Shown: positions 21,173 to 31,296 of the stretch, piece after piece | Layout of the letters: every line of letters starts with the position of its first letter | Numbering within the stretch: position 1 is the stretch's first letter | Source: a virus | Length of the DNA stretch: 39,524 bases | IMG/VR virus record: IMGVR_UViG_3300045988_026467 | Direction: 5' to 3' (one strand) | Translations under genes and position numbers: made by a program | The notes under the pieces: generated by a model | Told to the model about the DNA's origin: nothing | Seen by the model: only the letters and a program-made list of their open reading frames with translations | Databases searched by the model: none

Positions 21173-24100
21173 TTACCTCCTCTTTTTTGTTTCAATGGCA
21201 AGTTTGTCGCTGACCTTTTCGGTCGTCCTGCTTGCGACTTCGTCGCCGTCAATATAGTTGTGTGTTTCCACATATACATTTGTTGTTGCTTTTAATGCCT
21301 GCAACTTGTTATCAAGCATCATATTCAATCTCGTGTAGAATGGTTCGAGAGGGAGAACTGCCTCTGCACCTGCCTCACCGCCTATCATGAAATTGTTTCC
21401 ATTCGCTCCGAATATCGTCGGTTGTAACATGATACCGCCTGTTTTGTACCACTCCACTCCGAACGACGGAACTGACGGAGGGTTCAAACTGAATGAGCCG
21501 GAGATACTGAAATGTGGCAGTTTCAAACTCGGCAGTGACCACTCGAAATTGAATTTTTCTTTTATAGCATCAATCGCATTCGATACGGCTGTCTTTGCAG
21601 CATTTATCGGTGTCTCGATGGCTGATTTGATGCCGTTCCATACTGTTGTGACTGTTGATTTCAGTGCATTGAATACAGTGGTCACAGTGGTTTTCACTGC
21701 ATTGACTGCGGTCGATACCGTGTTCTTTGCCGTGTCGATTGCTGTCTCAATGGCTGACTTGATGCCGTTCCATATAGATGACGCTGTCATTTTCACAGTT
21801 GTGAACACTGTTGTCACCACTGTCTTGATGGCATTGACCACAGTTGTGATTTTGGTCTGAATCGCCGTCCATACTGTATCAATTACCGTCTTGATGGCAT
21901 TGACCGCAGTTGTCACGGCTGTCTGAATCGCCGTCCACACTGTCGTGATGACCGTCCGGATTGCCTCAAGAATCGTCTGCACATTTGTTTTGATGTTCGT
22001 CCATACCGTCGTGATAACTGACAGGATTCCGGTCAATATGAACTGAATCCTTGCAAGGAAAAAGTCGAACACCGTCATGATGATGGTCTTGAGGTTTTCA
22101 AGCACTGTCTGAATCTTTGTCTTAATGGCATCCCATATCGTCGTGACTATGGTCTTGATGGCGGTCAGTACCGTACTGATGACCGTTTTCACGGTATTGA
22201 TTGCGGTCTGTACCTTTGAGGTGATAGCATTCCACACCTCGATGATGATGTCTTTGCAGTTTTCCCAAATGAACCGGAATGGCAACGTGATGATTGTCAC
22301 CGCTGCATTGATGATTTCTTTTATTGCCATGAACGCCACCGTGATGACGTTCTTGATTGTCTCGAACACCGTCGTGACAATCTCTTTGCATTTCCCGAAC
22401 GCATTGGAAAAAGCCTCTTTTATCGGTGCGAGTTTCTCGCTGACCGCTGCTTTCATCTCTCCCAGTTTGTCCGAGAATGCTTTTTTGATTTCGGTGAGTT
22501 TGCCTCCGGTTAGTTTATCCACAAAAGAGAGACCTGCGGTGTAATATCCTTTGATTCCCTCCCATGCTCCGGCGACAACGCCCTTGATTCCTCCACCGTT
22601 CTCCTCGTAGGCTGATTTGATATTGTTTAATTTCTCGGATACTGTTTCTTTTGCAGCACCGAGAACAGTTCCCATTGTTTCCTTGACCTTATTGAATGCA
22701 CCGGATACCGTCTCTTTGAGGCTTGAGAGTTTCTCGCTCGTCGCCGTCTTGACTTTATCCCATGCACCGGATACCGTCTCTTTGACTTTTCCGAATACAT
22801 TCGAGACGACCTCGGCAATCTTGCCGAATGCCTCTTTGACCGCCGTCCATAATTTATTGACGGCATTTCGGAACGTCTCTGAGTTTTTATATAAAGCGAT
22901 GAACCCTGCGACAAGTCCTGCGATTGCAAGGACAACAATGCCGATAGGATTCGCCGACATCGCTGCATTCAACAACCACTGTCCGGCTGCTGCTGCCTTG
23001 GTTGCGACCGTGTGTGCGAGTGTTGCTGCCGTTCCTGCTGACGTTGCTGTCGTGTTGGCTGCTGATGCCACCGTGGAGGCGGTTTCTGCTGCTGCATCCG
23101 CTGTCGTCGCTGCTGTCTTGGCTGCTACCTTTGCAATCACTTTCGTGACCACATCTCGCATCGCCTTGAACCCGTTGACTGCTCCTTTGACGCCCTGCCC
23201 CACTTTACCGAGGGCAATGGATAGCGGTGCAATCGCTGCCACGAATAACCCGACTTTGATGATTGTCTGCTGTTGCCCCTCGTCCAGTGAGCCGAACCAT
23301 TCACACAACGCTTTGACTTTATCTGAAAACTGGTCAATGATTGGTGCTGCCGATGTGAGAATCGTCTGACCAAACTGCATCACGGTGTTTTTCAACTCAT
23401 TGAGTGTCACCTTGGTGTCGTATGAGGTTGTTTTCATTTTGCCGAACGCCGTATCTGTCGCACCCGTGGAGTTCCGCATCTGTCCGAGGGTGGTGTTGAA
23501 CGTGTCCGCACTATCACCCAGTAGAATGAGACCTGCTTTTGCTGCCTCTGATGACGAGAACATATCGCTCATTGAGAGGTTCTGTTCCTTTGCTGCTCCG
23601 TCTACGATGGCAAGAACATCCGAGAGACTTGCTCCATCTGCCATCAATTCCTTGAATGACTTTCCGGTCTTTTCTCTCAGAATCACGTCGGTCGTGCTGC
23701 CAGTCTTTCCCAACTCGTTGAGCATCGAGTTCATGTATGTCGTCGATTCTGCTGTCGCAACACCGTTCGCTGTCATGATTGCATATCCTGCACATAACTG
23801 GTCGAGTGCTACGCTGTTAGCATTCGCCGTCGGGATGACTTTACCCATTGCAGACGATAACTCTCCAACGGTCGTTTTGCCGAGATTCTGTGTCTGAATC
23901 AACATGTCCGACACGTTTGTGACCTGCTCTGCCGATAGACCGTAGGCATTCATGATTGTGGTCAGCACATCGAGGGTGTCTCCGGATTCCGCAAAACCTG
24001 CCGTCGCCAGTTTTGTGGACTGACGAACGAAATTGACAGCATCTCCCGTTTTCTGACCTGCACTGATGGCGTTGTATACGTTGTCAGCAATGTCTCCTGC

Positions 24101-24865
24101 TGCAATTCCTGTCTCATTTGACAGGTCTGTGATTGCGGTCGACATGTCTCCGGTTGACATTTCTCCGGTATCCATAATCGTGGAGACCTTTGCCATCGAA
24201 TCCTCAAAATCAACTGCCATCTTTGCAGCAGAAATTCCAAATGCTGCTATACCTGCCGAAACAATGGTCATTTTCTGACCGAACGCCTCAAGTTTCTGTC
24301 CTGCTTTATCACATCCGCTTGCAAATGCATCCAGTTTATGATTTTGCAGTTCCTTGTTGACATTCTTGAGTTCCCCCTCCATTGAATAGAGTTTTGTCTC
24401 CGCATTATTGCAGGCGGTCGCCTGTTTGTTTAATGCGGTCTCGGTCTTGCCGATGGAACTCTCATTTGCTTTCAGTTCGGTCTCAAGTTTCGTCAGTTCC
24501 TCTTTGAGTTTCTTTGACTGCTCTGAGTTTTTTCCCGTTGCGGTCGCTGAATCTTCATAGGCTTTTCTTGCTGCATCGACTTTCGTCTTGAGACTTTCAT
24601 GCTCTGCTTTCTGTTCTGACAGTTTTGTGGAAAGTTTTCCGTATTGGTCTCCTGCCAGTTTTACAATTTCTTTTTGCAGCTTTATCTTGTCCGATAATGC
24701 TGTCGCCTTGGTTGTGAGGACTTCGGTTTGTGAACCGAATGCTTTTGCTTTTGCCTGTGTCGCCGTCCATTGGCTTGCCAGTGCTTTCGCCTCGGCTGCC
24801 ATGGACTTCATTGTTTTTTGATATGAATTAGCGTCCGCAGTCGCTTTCACGCTTACATAAGCCAT
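21173..24865 (-). CDS. Tail tape measure protein
   Basis: 1230 aa. N-terminal coiled coil. TP901-type core (LSNETGIAAGDIADNVYNAISAGQKTGDAVNFVRQSTKLATAG). TM-like Ala-rich segment. Trp-periodic repeats. Confidence 0.9.
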   Translation of the reverse strand: MAYVSVKATADANSYQKTMKSMAAEAKALASQWTATQAKAKAFGSQTEVLTTKATALSDKIKLQKEIVKLAGDQYGKLSTKLSEQKAEHESLKTKVDAARKAYEDSATATGKNSEQSKKLKEELTKLETELKANESSIGKTETALNKQATACNNAETKLYSMEGELKNVNKELQNHKLDAFASGCDKAGQKLEAFGQKMTIVSAGIAAFGISAAKMAVDFEDSMAKVSTIMDTGEMSTGDMSTAITDLSNETGIAAGDIADNVYNAISAGQKTGDAVNFVRQSTKLATAGFAESGDTLDVLTTIMNAYGLSAEQVTNVSDMLIQTQNLGKTTVGELSSAMGKVIPTANANSVALDQLCAGYAIMTANGVATAESTTYMNSMLNELGKTGSTTDVILREKTGKSFKELMADGASLSDVLAIVDGAAKEQNLSMSDMFSSSEAAKAGLILLGDSADTFNTTLGQMRNSTGATDTAFGKMKTTSYDTKVTLNELKNTVMQFGQTILTSAAPIIDQFSDKVKALCEWFGSLDEGQQQTIIKVGLFVAAIAPLSIALGKVGQGVKGAVNGFKAMRDVVTKVIAKVAAKTAATTADAAAETASTVASAANTTATSAGTAATLAHTVATKAAAAGQWLLNAAMSANPIGIVVLAIAGLVAGFIALYKNSETFRNAVNKLWTAVKEAFGKIAEVVSNVFGKVKETVSGAWDKVKTATSEKLSSLKETVSGAFNKVKETMGTVLGAAKETVSEKLNNIKSAYEENGGGIKGVVAGAWEGIKGYYTAGLSFVDKLTGGKLTEIKKAFSDKLGEMKAAVSEKLAPIKEAFSNAFGKCKEIVTTVFETIKNVITVAFMAIKEIINAAVTIITLPFRFIWENCKDIIIEVWNAITSKVQTAINTVKTVISTVLTAIKTIVTTIWDAIKTKIQTVLENLKTIIMTVFDFFLARIQFILTGILSVITTVWTNIKTNVQTILEAIRTVITTVWTAIQTAVTTAVNAIKTVIDTVWTAIQTKITTVVNAIKTVVTTVFTTVKMTASSIWNGIKSAIETAIDTAKNTVSTAVNAVKTTVTTVFNALKSTVTTVWNGIKSAIETPINAAKTAVSNAIDAIKEKFNFEWSLPSLKLPHFSISGSFSLNPPSVPSFGVEWYKTGGIMLQPTIFGANGNNFMIGGEAGAEAVLPLEPFYTRLNMMLDNKLQALKATTNVYVETHNYIDGDEVASRTTEKVSDKLAIETKKRR
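21545..22240 (-). repeat. Tandem repeats in the tape measure with Trp spacing in multiples of 11 residues
   Basis: Successive W-to-W distances are 33, 44, 22, 22, 33, 44 and 33 aa, with an 11-aa step just before the array. DNA-level repeat gatggctga(t/c)ttgatgccgttccata occurs at about 21616 and 21751. Confidence 0.7.
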
Positions 24866-24881
24866 TCAGTTCCCTCCTCTC

Positions 24882-25406
24882 CTACTGCTTATCGTTTATT
24901 GTCTTGATTGCAAATTTCATGTAATCAAGCAATGCCACGATGTCAGTCTCAAGGCATTGACTGTATGAATTATTCAATAATTTTATTGCTATCTGAATCA
25001 CTCGGTCGATATTGTCTGAGCACACCTCCCACATGTTTCTTTTCTGTTCGTCTGTATCCTCATACCCGTTCTCACGGTCATATTCGTCGAATGCTGATGT
25101 TTCCTGTTCCACAGGTTCGTCATCCATCAATTCCAAAAACTTCGGTGTGATGACGTTCTGCATCACAAAATGAATTGATTTCGCTGCAACCATCACCTCG
25201 GTGATGTCTGTTTCTCCCAGTTCCTCAAGTGACATCCTGCTGTCGAATACATCCTGCACAATCTTTTGATTGAAAAACAGGGCATCCGACAGTTTCTCGC
25301 TGCTATTTATTTTCATGAGTTGAGCATATTTCCGATATTGCCCGACTGTTATGCTATTCACGAAATACTTTTCATCTTTGCAGGGGATGTATATTTCCGG
25401 CATCAC
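24882..25406 (-). CDS. Tail assembly chaperone, T-like portion (may be expressed alone and/or as a G-T frameshift fusion)
   Basis: 174-aa ORF in the -1 frame relative to 25403..25729. Located between the major tail and tape measure genes. Confidence 0.6.
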   Translation of the reverse strand: MMPEIYIPCKDEKYFVNSITVGQYRKYAQLMKINSSEKLSDALFFNQKIVQDVFDSRMSLEELGETDITEVMVAAKSIHFVMQNVITPKFLELMDDEPVEQETSAFDEYDRENGYEDTDEQKRNMWEVCSDNIDRVIQIAIKLLNNSYSQCLETDIVALLDYMKFAIKTINDKQ

Positions 25407-25729
25407 TTGACGACGGTAAAATTTTCTTGAATCTTCTCCATTTTTTTCTGAATCTTTTCTGCGATGTCGATGTCGACCATCATAAACTCGGTGATTATCT
25501 CGTCAGCAGAAAGACCGATTTCCGGATTTTTCAATTCCTCAATCGTGAACTGGTCGCCGTAGAGACGGACAATCCACTCACACATCAACTGAATGTGCTC
25601 TCTCTTGTATCCGCTCTGTTGTGTGCCGTTTATTGTCTCAGATGCATCCAAATAGTCCATGTAGTCATCTGCCCCGATTTTAGGCATCGTGTACTTTTTC
25701 TGATTGATTACAATTTCATGTTTTGCCAT
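25403..25729 (-). CDS. Tail assembly chaperone (G-like, 108 aa)
   Basis: Conserved position directly downstream of the major tail protein gene. Confidence 0.65.
   Translation of the reverse strand: MAKHEIVINQKKYTMPKIGADDYMDYLDASETINGTQQSGYKREHIQLMCEWIVRLYGDQFTIEELKNPEIGLSADEIITEFMMVDIDIAEKIQKKMEKIQENFTVVK
25418..25424 (-). promoter_or_regulatory. Candidate -1 programmed frameshift heptamer A_AAU_UUU
   Basis: Zero-frame codons GAA AAU UUU ACC lie 12 nt before the G stop. A -1 slip reads AAA UUU UAC CGU CGU CAA GUG AUG CCG, entering ORF 24882..25406. Confidence 0.5.
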
Positions 25730-25758
25730 TTTATTTCCCTCCTGTTATCTGTTGCTGA

Positions 25759-26376
25759 CTAACCTTTAACCGCTGCCTGTTCTTTTTCCTGCACCTTGCT
25801 GAACCAGTCCTTGATTGCTGTCGCTGCATCCACATCCTCGGCGACGAGGTTGCTTTCATCGACTACAATCTGATAACGACCATCTTTCTGACGGTCATAG
25901 AAATCGCCCTTGATGGTGTTGCTCTTGACTGCGATTTTTTCTGCCTGTGTCTCAAATTCGTCATCGAGACCCTGTCCGAATTTTCCGCAGTAAAGCCATG
26001 TAAATTCATACTTTCCATTGCGTCGTTTGGTTCTGAATCCGAGGGCGAGTTCCGGTGCAAGGTCGTCCTTGCTCTTGATAAGGAATCCGTTCTCAAATAA
26101 CTGTCCGAACAGCATTGCTCTGTCCTGTGGTGCAAGGGATGCGAGTTCGATTTCCACCTCTGTTCCCTCGTATGATGTGATTGTGTCCTCTGTACCGTCG
26201 TCAGAGTAGACCTTTTCACTTGACCATTTGTCTGAAATTTTTGCATTGACCGCTCTTGCCAGTTTGACCGGAACGTCTGCTGCATACGCTGTCTGTGTGT
26301 TCTGAGTTAATAATGCAGCATAGATGTCTCTCAATCCGCAATATCTGCTCCTTACGATAGGTGTTACCTCTGCCAT
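25759..26376 (-). CDS. Major tail protein
   Basis: 205 aa, positioned between the head-tail joining genes and the chaperones. RBS GTGAGGAA. Confidence 0.7.
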   Translation of the reverse strand: MAEVTPIVRSRYCGLRDIYAALLTQNTQTAYAADVPVKLARAVNAKISDKWSSEKVYSDDGTEDTITSYEGTEVEIELASLAPQDRAMLFGQLFENGFLIKSKDDLAPELALGFRTKRRNGKYEFTWLYCGKFGQGLDDEFETQAEKIAVKSNTIKGDFYDRQKDGRYQIVVDESNLVAEDVDAATAIKDWFSKVQEKEQAAVKG

Positions 26377-26378
26377 TT

Positions 26379-26735
26379 TTATTCCTCACTTTCTTCGTAA
26401 AATTTATTGAATCGTTGTGCTTTCATGTATATTCCATTTTGAGGTTTGGAATCGTCTGCATTCCTTGCCTCAAATAAGAATCCACTTGCTTTCATAAGTT
26501 TCTTGATTTTCGCTGCAAGTTCAACCTCGTCATTCCGAGAAAAGATTGTCACCTGCACCGTAATTTGAACGCCCTCGGCAGTGTCATCCGAATAGCTGTC
26601 CTCAGTTTCACCGCAATCCCACAATGTCACATGTGTCTCTTTGATGTCCTCTCTGTACCATCCTTGCACTACTTGTATGCCGGAGTTTTCTACCTCCTGC
26701 AACGCCTCGGCTGCGTCCTTGATGATGTCACTCAT
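26379..26735 (-). CDS. Tail terminator / tail completion protein (position-based)
   Basis: 118 aa, between the HK97 gp10-like gene and the major tail protein gene. Confidence 0.5.
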   Translation of the reverse strand: MSDIIKDAAEALQEVENSGIQVVQGWYREDIKETHVTLWDCGETEDSYSDDTAEGVQITVQVTIFSRNDEVELAAKIKKLMKASGFLFEARNADDSKPQNGIYMKAQRFNKFYEESEE

Positions 26736-26739
26736 TGAA

Positions 26740-27189
26740 TCACCCCACAGTCTTGTTCAAATAGTCTTGATATTCACTTTCTGCGATGCTCTGAATCTGC
26801 CCCTCAACCGCACGACCTGCCTTGTATACGAACTCTTGAGGCGGTCTTTTTACCGTTCCCCAGTTTATGAATTTCACATAAAAGTGTTCACTGTTGTCTG
26901 CTTTCGTCCATCCCACATCTGCCTCGGCTCTCGTTCCGCTCACTTTGACCTTTTCAAGCGGAATCGCATCTGCTGCATGACCGGACGGGTGTGACTTTGA
27001 CCCGAATCCTCGACCGGACAGGTTTTGATTTCTTGATTTTGGCATCTTGCTCGACATCTCTTTTTGAATGATTGGTTGTGCCTTGGTGACGATGTTCTTG
27101 TTCAGACCTTGAATCTCTTTCTCGGTCGCACATTGTTCCAGTGCTTTGACAAGTTCGTCGATGCCTTGAAACTCCATCTCAATCCGCAT
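26740..27189 (-). CDS. HK97 gp10-family head-tail joining protein
   Basis: 149 aa. Fits by size and position, and by the pattern ...VGWTKADNSEHFYVKFINWGT. Confidence 0.6.
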   Translation of the reverse strand: MRIEMEFQGIDELVKALEQCATEKEIQGLNKNIVTKAQPIIQKEMSSKMPKSRNQNLSGRGFGSKSHPSGHAADAIPLEKVKVSGTRAEADVGWTKADNSEHFYVKFINWGTVKRPPQEFVYKAGRAVEGQIQSIAESEYQDYLNKTVG

Positions 27190-27218
27190 TTCATCGCCTC
27201 CGTGTCATATTCTGACAC

Positions 27219-27539
27219 CTACGAAACCCGATTACATTTAAGGAGATACTTGCTCTCGCTCTCCACGGGAATCATGGAAAAGATGTCATATTTTTCACCC
27301 TTGAAGATGACCGAATGCTCTTTGTGATGCATCCACATCGCCTCTGTTTTTCTGCATCTTCTCACCTTGAAAACTGCTGTTTCCTCAAGTGACTGCTGCA
27401 ATGCCTCATATTTCTCATTGCTCAACAGGTCAGATACATCGCACCAACATTTGAAATACTCCTCCGATGTGGTTTTGTTTCTTCCATCCACCACGGTGGT
27501 GGTCTCTTTCATGATTGTGATTCTGCCTGCTGCCATCAT
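27219..27539 (-). CDS. Head-tail adaptor / head closure protein
   Basis: 106 aa. Conserved position. N-terminal AGRITIMKETTT and C-terminal KGEKYDIFSMIP fit that family's pattern. Confidence 0.6.
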   Translation of the reverse strand: MMAAGRITIMKETTTVVDGRNKTTSEEYFKCWCDVSDLLSNEKYEALQQSLEETAVFKVRRCRKTEAMWMHHKEHSVIFKGEKYDIFSMIPVESESKYLLKCNRVS

Positions 27540-27838
27540 GCACCTCCGTACATCTCTTTGAGTAACATTGAGGAAACTGCATGTTGCATCACCCTCGTGT
27601 CCTTGCTGAATTTTTCTCGGTTGTCATATAAATCTTTGACCGAAACGAGCAGGAGGAGGCGTTGCCGTGATGACAGGTTCTCGGAATTAAAAGTCGGAAT
27701 CAGTTCCGACATTTCCTCAAGGGTTGTGTCAATCATCAATTCAAGAATATCGTCGTCGTCCTCGTAGTCGATGCGACTGTATTTTTTGCAATCCTCAAGT
27801 ATTTTCGCACGATATTCTTTCAATTCTTCATCCGTCAT
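27536..27838 (-). CDS. gp6-like head-tail connector protein
   Basis: 100 aa, directly downstream of the capsid gene. Acidic helical N-terminus typical of that family. Confidence 0.6.
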   Translation of the reverse strand: MTDEELKEYRAKILEDCKKYSRIDYEDDDDILELMIDTTLEEMSELIPTFNSENLSSRQRLLLLVSVKDLYDNREKFSKDTRVMQHAVSSMLLKEMYGGA

Positions 27839-27861
27839 CGTTGCACCTGCTTTCTATGAAT

Positions 27862-27882
27862 GGGCGGTCACAATGACCGCCC
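27862..27882 (-). promoter_or_regulatory. Stable hairpin just after the capsid gene (mRNA stabiliser or partial terminator)
   Basis: GGGCGGTCA-caa-TGACCGCCC: a 9-bp stem with no U-run. Confidence 0.5.
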
Positions 27883-27892
27883 TGCTCTCTTG

Positions 27893-29125
27893 TTAGCCTG
27901 CAACATTCTCGGTGATTTCGCCCTTGATGACTGCTGCCTCGTCAACAGGCTGCACATCGAAACGGTCACGCACCTTGATTCCGGTCATATCTTTCTCCCA
28001 CAATCCTGCTGCCTTGTCATTCATGTCGATGGTCATGACATTGCGGTCAAATAATGTGATAGCCTCTTTCAAGTCACCGATATACACCGGATGCTTGTAT
28101 CCTGTCACCGCTTCGCCGGTTTTGATTTCTGTGGACTTGATGACCTTATTGGATACCTTGACAATCGGATACTTGCCGAATAACAACATCTGAGTTGCCA
28201 TTGTCGGATTCGGCTGCAAGATGTACTTGCCATCTGTATCCTTTAACTTGTCAAGATAGTTGTATCCGCTCTGATTGGTGATGACCATGGAACTGGTTGC
28301 GATTGCAGGGTCGAGGGATACGTTGAACACATCCTTGAGGCTGTCGATTGTAGAGATAACGACCTCTTTTCCTGCTGTCATGGTATTCAGTACCTTGAGA
28401 ATCATGGCGTTTCGGGTTGCCTTTGTCTTTTTAGCAATCCATTTGTTGATGTACGCCATGACATTGGTTGCTGTGTCCTCAAAAAGTTCGGCGGTGAGTT
28501 TTAAGATACCGCCCTTTTTCTTGATGGCATACTTAATAGCCTTGAACTTAGGTTCATCCATTTCGGGAAAGTCTGCCTCCTCCTCCACGTTGTCGAACGG
28601 TACGGATTCCGCATCAACCTCGATATTTCTCGAACCGCTCTTTGTGGTTACGTTCTCAACATTGACATACTGCTCAAGGTTGTCATCTGAGCGTCTCAGT
28701 TCGATGATGTCCGTTCTGATGTCCTCCGGAATGGTGACGCCGATTCCCATTTCTCCGTCCTTGTTCGCTGTGGTATCTGAGGACAGTGCGTCCTTGTAGA
28801 CCGTCACGTCTGCCTCGTCCGGTTCTCTCTTTAAGAAACCACACTTGACAATATTGACGAACGCTTTCACAAGGTTCTTTTTCTTTGTTACCTTGTCAAC
28901 CGCTCCTCCGGTGATGTCTTTTGCTCTGCCATCGTTGAGGCTGCCCTCGATGCCATCGAGGTCATCATCCTCAAGGTCTGCCAGTAAATTGAACTTGTCC
29001 TGTAATTCCACAAGTTCGGCTTTTGCTTTCCTTGCCTCGTCCATCTTGCCCTCGTTTGCAAGAGAACGAACGGCGTTCTTTTTGTCGTTAATCTGCTTGA
29101 GCAGTTTCTGCATTTCTTTATTCAT
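27893..29125 (-). CDS. Major capsid protein, HK97 family, with an N-terminal coiled-coil delta-like domain
   Basis: Start moved to MNKEMQKLLKQ (ATG 29125) with GAGAGGAG upstream. The track extension to 29251 overlaps the protease gene. Confidence 0.85.
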   Translation of the reverse strand: MNKEMQKLLKQINDKKNAVRSLANEGKMDEARKAKAELVELQDKFNLLADLEDDDLDGIEGSLNDGRAKDITGGAVDKVTKKKNLVKAFVNIVKCGFLKREPDEADVTVYKDALSSDTTANKDGEMGIGVTIPEDIRTDIIELRRSDDNLEQYVNVENVTTKSGSRNIEVDAESVPFDNVEEEADFPEMDEPKFKAIKYAIKKKGGILKLTAELFEDTATNVMAYINKWIAKKTKATRNAMILKVLNTMTAGKEVVISTIDSLKDVFNVSLDPAIATSSMVITNQSGYNYLDKLKDTDGKYILQPNPTMATQMLLFGKYPIVKVSNKVIKSTEIKTGEAVTGYKHPVYIGDLKEAITLFDRNVMTIDMNDKAAGLWEKDMTGIKVRDRFDVQPVDEAAVIKGEITENVAG

Positions 29126-29144
29126 TTTGAATCTCCTCTCGTTT

Positions 29145-29963
29145 TTAGATTCCGTACTCGTCCAAATCGGCGAGCAACTGTTCCTTTTCCTGTTGCATTG
29201 CTTTTTCCTTTGCATCTTTCTCTCGTGCATCCAGTGCAGCGATGACGGCATTCACAACGTCCTGTGTGCTCGTCTTTTTCAGATTCTCCGGAATATTGTT
29301 GTATTTCTCAAAGAAATCGGATGCACATGCTGCAACTGCTGCCTGCTCCTCAATCTCGACGTTGAAATACTGTGCGACCTCATTGCCATTCATCCATGTT
29401 TCATTTTCCACAAGCGACTGAATTGTCTCTCTTGACACTCCGTCCTTTGCGTGTTCCATGTAGATGTCGAGAATGGATTCCTCACATTTATCTAACTGAG
29501 CAATCACATCCTTGAAGTCGTTGGCGTTACCCCATGCAATACACAACGGCTTGTGTACCATGCACTGAGCACCGGATGCGAAATGTAATTCGTCGCAGGC
29601 GAACATGATGACTGATGCGATACTTGCTGCCATTCCGTCCACATATCCGGTCTTGTGACCCTCGTGTCGTCTCAACTGGTTATAGATTGCCAGTCCTGCA
29701 AACACATCACCGCCTCCGGAATTGAAATAGATGTCGATGTCCTCGAAACTATCCAACTGATGCAGGAAATCAGCTATATCCTGTGGACACTTGTCCTCCT
29801 CGTACCACTCAGATTCCCATGTTGCTGATACAATGTCGCCGTAAAAGTAGAGCGAGCATTTCTTTTTTTCCTCGTCCTCTTTCAAGTCCAAATATCCAAC
29901 TTTATCCACCTGTCCGGTTCGTTTGTTTTTCTTTGTAAAATCAAACCTTTTCATCTTCGGCAT
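29145..29963 (-). CDS. ClpP-like (S14) prohead maturation protease
   Basis: IDIYFNSGGGDVFAGLAIYNQL, GMAASIASVI (catalytic Ser region), MVHKP (His). Start at ATG 29963 with GGAGGTG 6 nt upstream. Confidence 0.85.
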   Translation of the reverse strand: MPKMKRFDFTKKNKRTGQVDKVGYLDLKEDEEKKKCSLYFYGDIVSATWESEWYEEDKCPQDIADFLHQLDSFEDIDIYFNSGGGDVFAGLAIYNQLRRHEGHKTGYVDGMAASIASVIMFACDELHFASGAQCMVHKPLCIAWGNANDFKDVIAQLDKCEESILDIYMEHAKDGVSRETIQSLVENETWMNGNEVAQYFNVEIEEQAAVAACASDFFEKYNNIPENLKKTSTQDVVNAVIAALDAREKDAKEKAMQQEKEQLLADLDEYGI

Positions 29964-31296
29964 TCCCCTCACCTCCTTTCACGTCATCCTCCTCGGTCGT
30001 TTGCTGACCATCTTTTTCGGCGTATTGAACGCCTGCTTTTTCAAGAGGAATCACGTTTCCATTTGCATAGAGACGGTCACCTCCCTCGGCATTTGACATG
30101 TCGAGTTTTCTTCTTGCCTCGTTTGGCGTGACAATACTGTTCTTGACGCCGTTGGAGAGGTACTCCATCTGTGTCTTTGAATCAGTTCGGAATAATACTT
30201 TTTCATTGAATTTGTAATACTTACCCTCGTCCTGTTGGTCGGGTGTCAACAGTTTGTAGTTGATTTCCTCCTCGTACTGTTTGATGACAAACAATTCCGT
30301 GTCGACGTAGAATGACAACTGCTGCATTTCCGAGTTACTGTATGACGATTTTTCATAGTCATTTATCTGATTCGGTTTGACACCGAATGCTGCTGCAATT
30401 TGCAGTGATGTGTATTTTTTCAGTTCAAAGAACTGCGAATCAGTCAACTTGATGTCGAGCGGTGTCAATTTCATTCCGAGCGGAACAGGCAGGATTCGTC
30501 CGGTGTTCTTTGCACCGCTGCCGAACTCCTCGAATGATTCTCGGAGTGCCTCTTTTGCATTCTTGTCAAGAGTTCCTGTGTATTCCAGTACCGCCTTTGC
30601 GGATAGTCCGGATTCATACATCTTATTCATGAAATCCTGTGACGCACCTGCACCGTTGACCGTATCCCTCAATATTTCCTGCACTGGTAGTCCTGTGATG
30701 CCATTGAGACTGTGTGATGTCTTAAAATGCAGTACCTCGTCAGTATTGAAAATGTATCTCTTTCCGGACGTCGGGTCTGTGTAGACGTACCACAACCGCC
30801 CTGCTCCGGCGAATATTCCTGCATCGTCGACAATTATCTGAACACAGTTCGACTGCATCACCCACAGGTCAAGTGTTTTCAATTCTCCTCCGAACTTTTT
30901 CCGGTCGAATTTCCTGCGTACATATACATACGCATTTCCGAAATGGTTTCGATTCATCTCGACCGTATTCCAGAAAACCGTCGGCGTCATGAACGGATTC
31001 GGTCTCGTCTTGAGCAGACGTGAGACATCCGTGTCCTCCGGTTCAATGATGCCCTCCTCTGTCTTTTGATAGTATTTGACGGGCATCTTTGCCAGTGTTT
31101 CAGACAACATCTTGAGGCAGGTGAAATATGTCACCTCTGAGGTTGGTTTTCTCCTAGTCGCCCCGAAAAGTCCGAGGAACGTATCTGAGTTGATTGAGAA
31201 CGTCTTGTATGACGATGGTTCTGCCACATTTGACACCACATTCCTGCTCCTCCACTTTTCCAGTAAGTTGCTATATGCTGTTTTGAATGGATTCAT
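29941..31296 (-). CDS. Portal protein (HK97 family)
   Basis: 451 aa, between the large terminase and the protease. ATGA overlap with the terL stop. Confidence 0.85.
   Translation of the reverse strand: MNPFKTAYSNLLEKWRSRNVVSNVAEPSSYKTFSINSDTFLGLFGATRRKPTSEVTYFTCLKMLSETLAKMPVKYYQKTEEGIIEPEDTDVSRLLKTRPNPFMTPTVFWNTVEMNRNHFGNAYVYVRRKFDRKKFGGELKTLDLWVMQSNCVQIIVDDAGIFAGAGRLWYVYTDPTSGKRYIFNTDEVLHFKTSHSLNGITGLPVQEILRDTVNGAGASQDFMNKMYESGLSAKAVLEYTGTLDKNAKEALRESFEEFGSGAKNTGRILPVPLGMKLTPLDIKLTDSQFFELKKYTSLQIAAAFGVKPNQINDYEKSSYSNSEMQQLSFYVDTELFVIKQYEEEINYKLLTPDQQDEGKYYKFNEKVLFRTDSKTQMEYLSNGVKNSIVTPNEARRKLDMSNAEGGDRLYANGNVIPLEKAGVQYAEKDGQQTTEEDDVKGGEGNAEDEKV

Noticed and set aside
29126-29251. Upstream extensions of the capsid ORF (to 29251), the endolysin ORF (to 13320), the terS ORF (to 33704) and the MazF-like ORF (to 37196)
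   Set aside because: Each extension overlaps the preceding gene and lacks an RBS. Each internal Met is preceded by a canonical AGGAGG-type site and gives the family-typical N-terminus.
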